Source: Candidatus Hermodarchaeota archaeon
GTDB taxonomy: Archaea > Asgardarchaeota > Lokiarchaeia > Sigyniarchaeales > SOKP01
NCBI GenBank assembly: GCA_048885925.1
Contig: JBHLLG010000095.1
Location: forward strand, 1-10,938
DNA: 10,938 bases
Direction of reading: 5' to 3'
The translations under genes and the position numbers were made by a program. Shown here one piece after another: positions 6,668 to 10,938 of this stretch. Positions within the stretch are counted from its first letter, which is position 1. Every line of letters begins with the position of its first letter. Under the pieces are notes generated by a model. That model searched no databases. It had not been told where the DNA came from and saw only the letters and a list, made by a program, of their open reading frames with translations.

Positions 6668-8875
6668 TCACTTTTTAAGTTTATGTTTTTTATCAACCTT
6701 TTCCAGCTTTTTCTCACGCTTAAGATAGTTTCTAATTAAGACAATAGAACTAACACCAACAACGGAACTAATCGTTATGGCAGATATAATAATTATGAGC
6801 TTTATATCCATAGGTAATCGAACAACAATATCCCTATTGTTAGATAAGGTATATCCCATCTCATTATAGGCAGCAACCGCAAAATAGTATCTTCCGGTGG
6901 ATAATCCAGTTACATGAAATGATGTCTCTGTGGTTAGATTAGCTAAGCATGTGAGACTTCCATTTATAGAAGTGATTTTACTTTTATAATGATATACAGA
7001 ATAATTATCGGCTCTCTCAGATTCATCCCAATCTAGATCAAAAGTACCGTCAGTGTCTGTTCCAACAGTATTATCACGCAAATCAAAAGGCTCTGGTCCA
7101 GGTATACTAACGTAAATATCATTATAAGAATAAGACATAGTTTCACCAGTTTCATTATATGCGACAACCCTAAAATAATACTCTCCTTTTTTCAAAGACA
7201 TTGAAAAAGGAGATGTTGCATTTTGATAAGCAAGTAAGTCAAATTTCTTACTAATATATTTAATTGGACTATCGGACATGTATATAGAATAATTATCTGC
7301 GCCCGTAGAATTAGTCCAAGTCAGATTAAATTCTCCATCATAATCATAAGGAGTCTCAGCAGTACTGTTCATTGTGAAGTTTCCCGGTGGCTGAGGCGGA
7401 TCAGTGAGAAGACCGTTAATCCCCCAGTACGGAAGCCTTAGAGAACCTGTTGCGATTTCTTCGGGATACCCCTTATACCCCACCATTCCTTCCTCAAAGG
7501 GAACAATTGATTCATGCGGAACAACTTCCCTAGAACCATCGATATATTTCCATTGACAGAATAAAGCATACGAATAAGGCCAGCCATATACCAAATCATG
7601 TTTGTTATCGAAAGCAAGATTACCACCTGGCCCAACAACATAATTAGTACTATTAATTTTTTCTAAAGTGGATACAGTTATATCAGGATCAAATGTTTGG
7701 GTCTCATTGACTGTTTGAACTAATAATTTAACAGCTCCATAAGAACCTACACCTATATAATATGGGTCAATACCGTATTCATTAACATAACGATTAAAGA
7801 AGGGAATTGTTAATGGAGTTTTTGATGTATTATAGGTACCTTGTAATAAAATCTCATACTGACACGCTCCTTCATCATAATCCCAATCAGTATTAAGTTG
7901 GCCAAAGGAACTTAAACTCACAATTAAACATTTAGGTTGTAATTGTTGGTATGTTTGAGACATTAATTTTCCGAAAAGAGGATTAATAAAAAACGTCGAA
8001 CAGACTACTTGAACTCCCTTAGATTCAATTTGATTCCAAAAATTGATAAAATCTGCTTCTGTAACATTATATGGTAATATTTCATCTACTACAACCGATA
8101 TATTACTTTTAGGAAACTCCTGATAGATTAAATTAGCACAAAACGTAGATATAATATTGTCATCGCGGAGTATGGCGGTCTTGTTTACGATTCCAGCATC
8201 TATACTGTTTAGATAATAATAAAGGTAAACAATGTAACTTAAATAATCAGAATATATACAGGCAATATTATTGGGTGAGATTCTAAAAAAATATTTATAT
8301 TTCTCATAATTATCCAGTACTTTTTGACAAAAGTTCCATCCAGCTGCTCCAGTTCCTAGAAATGGTATTTTTTCTTCCATGATCACATCTAAATAATTAT
8401 AGAGAAATTCACTATAACCTCCAGTAATGAAATGAGGGTGGTGTTCTTTTATGATTTTTTTAGCGGAGGCGTTTCCTTCTAACACTGTTCCATATACTTC
8501 ATTGGTATTTTCTGCTACAAGTCCTACATAATAATTATTTCCATTTATTATAATACCCCCTTCCTCATTAACTTCTTTTGCTGCGAGATATGCCCCCTTC
8601 CAAGCATGATCTCCCGTAAAATGATTAAGATCGTCTAATACTCCAATCTTTATTATCCGGTTTGACGGTACAGTTGGTGGACCACCTGGAACGATATAAT
8701 CATGTGAGGGATAAAGGTCAACACTGAAATAATATACACCAGCAATAATACCCGCGATTGTAATAACCCCTATAATCCCACCAATGAGGAGTGACTTCTT
8801 TTGAGCTCTTAACCTTCGGATTTTTAGAAATTTCTTTTTTTCATTAGGAATCTTATCGCTGATCTTCACTCTCAT
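6668..8875 (-). CDS. Membrane-anchored type-1 periplasmic-binding-fold protein with two FN3-like domains and a C-terminal TM; copy B
   Basis: Same architecture and motifs as 2331-4508 (IKIGVL, GAYLAAKEVNEEGGI, YFFRISP, PPQPPG, two FN3-like repeats, TM, basic tail). The ORF track starts it at 8920; ATG 8875 is the start equivalent to copy A. Confidence 0.85.
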   Translation of the reverse strand: MRVKISDKIPNEKKKFLKIRRLRAQKKSLLIGGIIGVITIAGIIAGVYYFSVDLYPSHDYIVPGGPPTVPSNRIIKIGVLDDLNHFTGDHAWKGAYLAAKEVNEEGGIIINGNNYYVGLVAENTNEVYGTVLEGNASAKKIIKEHHPHFITGGYSEFLYNYLDVIMEEKIPFLGTGAAGWNFCQKVLDNYEKYKYFFRISPNNIACIYSDYLSYIVYLYYYLNSIDAGIVNKTAILRDDNIISTFCANLIYQEFPKSNISVVVDEILPYNVTEADFINFWNQIESKGVQVVCSTFFINPLFGKLMSQTYQQLQPKCLIVSLSSFGQLNTDWDYDEGACQYEILLQGTYNTSKTPLTIPFFNRYVNEYGIDPYYIGVGSYGAVKLLVQTVNETQTFDPDITVSTLEKINSTNYVVGPGGNLAFDNKHDLVYGWPYSYALFCQWKYIDGSREVVPHESIVPFEEGMVGYKGYPEEIATGSLRLPYWGINGLLTDPPQPPGNFTMNSTAETPYDYDGEFNLTWTNSTGADNYSIYMSDSPIKYISKKFDLLAYQNATSPFSMSLKKGEYYFRVVAYNETGETMSYSYNDIYVSIPGPEPFDLRDNTVGTDTDGTFDLDWDESERADNYSVYHYKSKITSINGSLTCLANLTTETSFHVTGLSTGRYYFAVAAYNEMGYTLSNNRDIVVRLPMDIKLIIIISAITISSVVGVSSIVLIRNYLKREKKLEKVDKKHKLKK

Positions 8876-8896
8876 CAACATTTTCAAGGTAATTTT

Positions 8897-8915
8897 TATT
8901 ATAATTGTTATAATT
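8897..8915 (-). promoter_or_regulatory. Putative TATA box(es) for the binding-protein gene, copy B
   Basis: Same sequence and spacing as 4530-4548, relative to ATG 8875. Confidence 0.4.
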
Positions 8916-9156
8916 ATCAATATTTCTATGCAAAAATGAACTAAATAAAAAATAAGCAGGAAAAGGTAAAACTAGCCATATTTTTATATGTACCCTCATT
9001 GATTTCACATAAATTGGTTTTCAAAATACAATTAAGATAACCTAAAATTTAAGGATATCGTAGAATATAGTAGAGTGATTAGGTATGTCAACCCTATGAT
9101 CAGAAATACTTCAGCCACATTTAATTTTCAATTGATTAATAATTTATTGTTGTTAA

Positions 9157-10707
9157 TTATTTGAGTTCAATTTTATTATGGCATGCCCAGCATGTTTCGC
9201 CTTTCTTCTTTAATACAGTAGCACATTTCATACAATAATAAGTCTCACATTTGGGGCATAAATATATCGCACCAACAATTTTGCCTCTATGTACAATACA
9301 GACATGATGTTCTTTTTCTACACTCACTTCAGCTTCAGTTTTTTGTAATTCTTCTAATTCCTGAGAACTTAATATACTTTTAGAAATTAATCTTTTTTTT
9401 GAGGTTTTTCTTCTAAAAACAATCATCCCTACAGCGAATATTATACCGGCAATAGAAATCACGATTATCACGACGATTTCAGGAGGAAATCCATTTTTAT
9501 CTATGCACCAATTATTATTGTTAAATGTATTTCCTTCACATTCTACTTCTTCTAGAGGCTTGAAATTGTCACATACCTCGTTGTTAGATATAGAATTATA
9601 ATTAGATTTTACTAAATATAGACCCCAATTAGTGTTATTGTTTATGTTATTTTCCATAATGTAATTACTATTAGAATTTTCAAAATAAATTCCAATTTCA
9701 TTATTATTTACATTATTTTTAATGATATTATTATTAATAGAGTTTAATATCACAATTCCAGTATCTCTATTGAAACTCACAGTGTTGTCAAAAATTGTAT
9801 TGGAATAATACCGCTCCAAATAAATTCCATATTCATTAGAACTAATACTATTATTTGAGATTATAATACCTTGAGTATTATCTATTTCTACTCCCGAGTA
9901 ATTGTTGTTATATATTTCATTATTACTGATAATAATATCAATGCATTGATTGACATATATTCCAGAATTGTTATTATTATGAATGCTATTATTTAAAATA
10001 TTGGTCTTACGAGTTCCGTTTAATATTATACCATTATTATAATTATTATTTATTATATTATCGGAGATTGTATTATTCGGTTCACCCGTTAAATAAATAC
10101 CATTACTGTTATGGCTAATATTATTTAATGTAAATATATTATGGTAGCTTATTATTGATTTTAATCCACATTGATCGTTGCTATTTATAAGGTTTCCAGA
10201 AATGTTGATATGCATACCATGATATAAGAATATCCCGTTGGCTTTATTGTTTGAGCAGGTGTTATTAATTAATTTTCCATTGTCAACCTCCAGTAATTTG
10301 ATTCCTCCATCAGCATCCGAAACAGATCCAGAATTAGATAACGTACAATTTCTAATTATAAAATATTTACTGGAATATCTAATCTCGATACAACTCCCCA
10401 ACCCTTGGCCATCAATCCATACATTTTCGATGATGTAAGGATCGTTCCAAGTGCCCGATCCAGAACACCAAGGGTAGATTGAAGCTGTATAAGTCCAGTT
10501 TTTAGTTGAAAGCCTATCGTCGATTAATATTTGGCTTCCTGTAAGATTCCAATAGCCCGAAGATTTCGGAATTTTCTCTATTTGGTCCTTAGAATTTGCA
10601 TTTGTTTTTATTTTAATTGATTTAGAATTTAGATTAACCCTATTAATCAATAATGAGAGAAAAATGAGAGTAATTAGGATAATGGTAATTTTTTTAGTTG
10701 AATTCAT
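9157..10707 (-). CDS. NosD-like right-handed parallel beta-helix surface protein with TM helix and cytoplasmic RING-like zinc finger; copy B
   Basis: Signal/anchor, cap motif WCSGSGTWNDPYIIEN, Asn-ladder repeats, TM IVVIIVISIAGIIFAVGMIVF followed by RRK, and zinc motif CIVH...CPKC...CMKC...CWAC at 9181-9300. Confidence 0.9.
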   Translation of the reverse strand: MNSTKKITIILITLIFLSLLINRVNLNSKSIKIKTNANSKDQIEKIPKSSGYWNLTGSQILIDDRLSTKNWTYTASIYPWCSGSGTWNDPYIIENVWIDGQGLGSCIEIRYSSKYFIIRNCTLSNSGSVSDADGGIKLLEVDNGKLINNTCSNNKANGIFLYHGMHINISGNLINSNDQCGLKSIISYHNIFTLNNISHNSNGIYLTGEPNNTISDNIINNNYNNGIILNGTRKTNILNNSIHNNNNSGIYVNQCIDIIISNNEIYNNNYSGVEIDNTQGIIISNNSISSNEYGIYLERYYSNTIFDNTVSFNRDTGIVILNSINNNIIKNNVNNNEIGIYFENSNSNYIMENNINNNTNWGLYLVKSNYNSISNNEVCDNFKPLEEVECEGNTFNNNNWCIDKNGFPPEIVVIIVISIAGIIFAVGMIVFRRKTSKKRLISKSILSSQELEELQKTEAEVSVEKEHHVCIVHRGKIVGAIYLCPKCETYYCMKCATVLKKKGETCWACHNKIELK

Positions 10708-10731
10708 GAAAATCTCAATTTCTAATTAAAA

Positions 10732-10746
10732 ATTTATAATTTCATT
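10732..10746 (-). promoter_or_regulatory. Putative BRE/TATA promoter of beta-helix gene B
   Basis: Minus strand aatgaaa-TTATAAAT, with the TATA element 25-32 nt upstream of ATG 10707, matching copy A. Confidence 0.55.
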
Positions 10747-10833
10747 AACATATTTGTAGAAGCTTAAGTTAATGATATTAGCCCTAAATTTAAAAATTTA
10801 ATGAGTGATGGATAAAAAGTATTTTTTTATTGA

Positions 10834-10938
10834 TTATTGGAGTTCAATCTCATTTTTACATACTCCACAAGTCTCACCTTTATTCTTCATAATAGTAGCA
10901 CATTCCATGCAATAATAACTCTCACACTTTGGACATAA
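10834..10938 (-). CDS. 3' end of a third gene carrying the same RING-like zinc-finger tail (truncated by the window edge; not in the ORF track)
   Basis: Manual translation LCPKCESYYCMECATIMKNKGETCGVCKNEIELQ*, clearly paralogous to LCPKCETYYCMKCATVLKKKGETCWACHNKIELK*. Confidence 0.88.
   Translation of the reverse strand, partial: LCPKCESYYCMECATIMKNKGETCGVCKNEIELQ

Larger units (their letters stand above)
6658..10802. repeat. Tandem duplication unit, copy B
   Basis: Direct repeat of 2321-6450, separated from copy A by a unique spacer of about 200 nt. Confidence 0.93.

Noticed and set aside
5010-10438. ORFs 5010-5228, 5811-6002 and 10238-10438 (+), and 7438-7641 (-, alternate frame)
   Set aside because: Nested in the large genes. 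The similarity between 5811-6002 and 10238-10438 only mirrors the duplicated sense-strand genes.
2321-10802. Diversity-generating retroelement template/variable repeat pair
   Set aside because: Differences between copies are not adenine-specific and include indels, both copies are full genes, and there is no reverse transcriptase in the window.
2321-10802. Assembly artefact or mobile element as the cause of the repeat
   Set aside because: The copies are too diverged in the gene cores and both retain intact frames. No transposase, integrase, terminal inverted repeats or target-site duplication were seen.

Overview
AT-rich, archaeal-looking DNA. The protein style (Asn-rich beta-helix surface proteins, FN3-type repeats, CxxH...CWxC tails, BRE/TATA promoters, oligo-T terminators) suggests Asgard/Lokiarchaeia, which is an inference. 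Left part: the 3' end of a zinc-ribbon protein gene, a 4-TM membrane protein, and a convergent gene for a probable LURP-one/Tubby/scramblase-fold protein. From about 2321 to 10802 there is a tandem duplication of a ~4.1 kb minus-strand two-gene module. Gene 1 is signal/anchor + NosD-like right-handed beta-helix + TM + cytoplasmic 8-ligand zinc finger (C-x2-H-x10-C-x2-C-x4-C-x2-C-x10-C-x2-C, RING-like). Gene 2 is TM + type-1 periplasmic-binding (Venus-flytrap) domain + 2 FN3-like domains + TM, with no ABC permease or ATPase in the window. A third gene with the same zinc-finger tail enters at the right edge. The copies are about 95% identical across the intergenic region and its flanks but only about half identical in the flytrap core, in a patchy mosaic. 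Main hypothesis: an expanding array of variable-ectodomain, constant-tail surface receptors, possibly receptor-type RING E3 ligases paired with orphan flytrap sensors. No RNA genes, CRISPR array or mobile element were seen.
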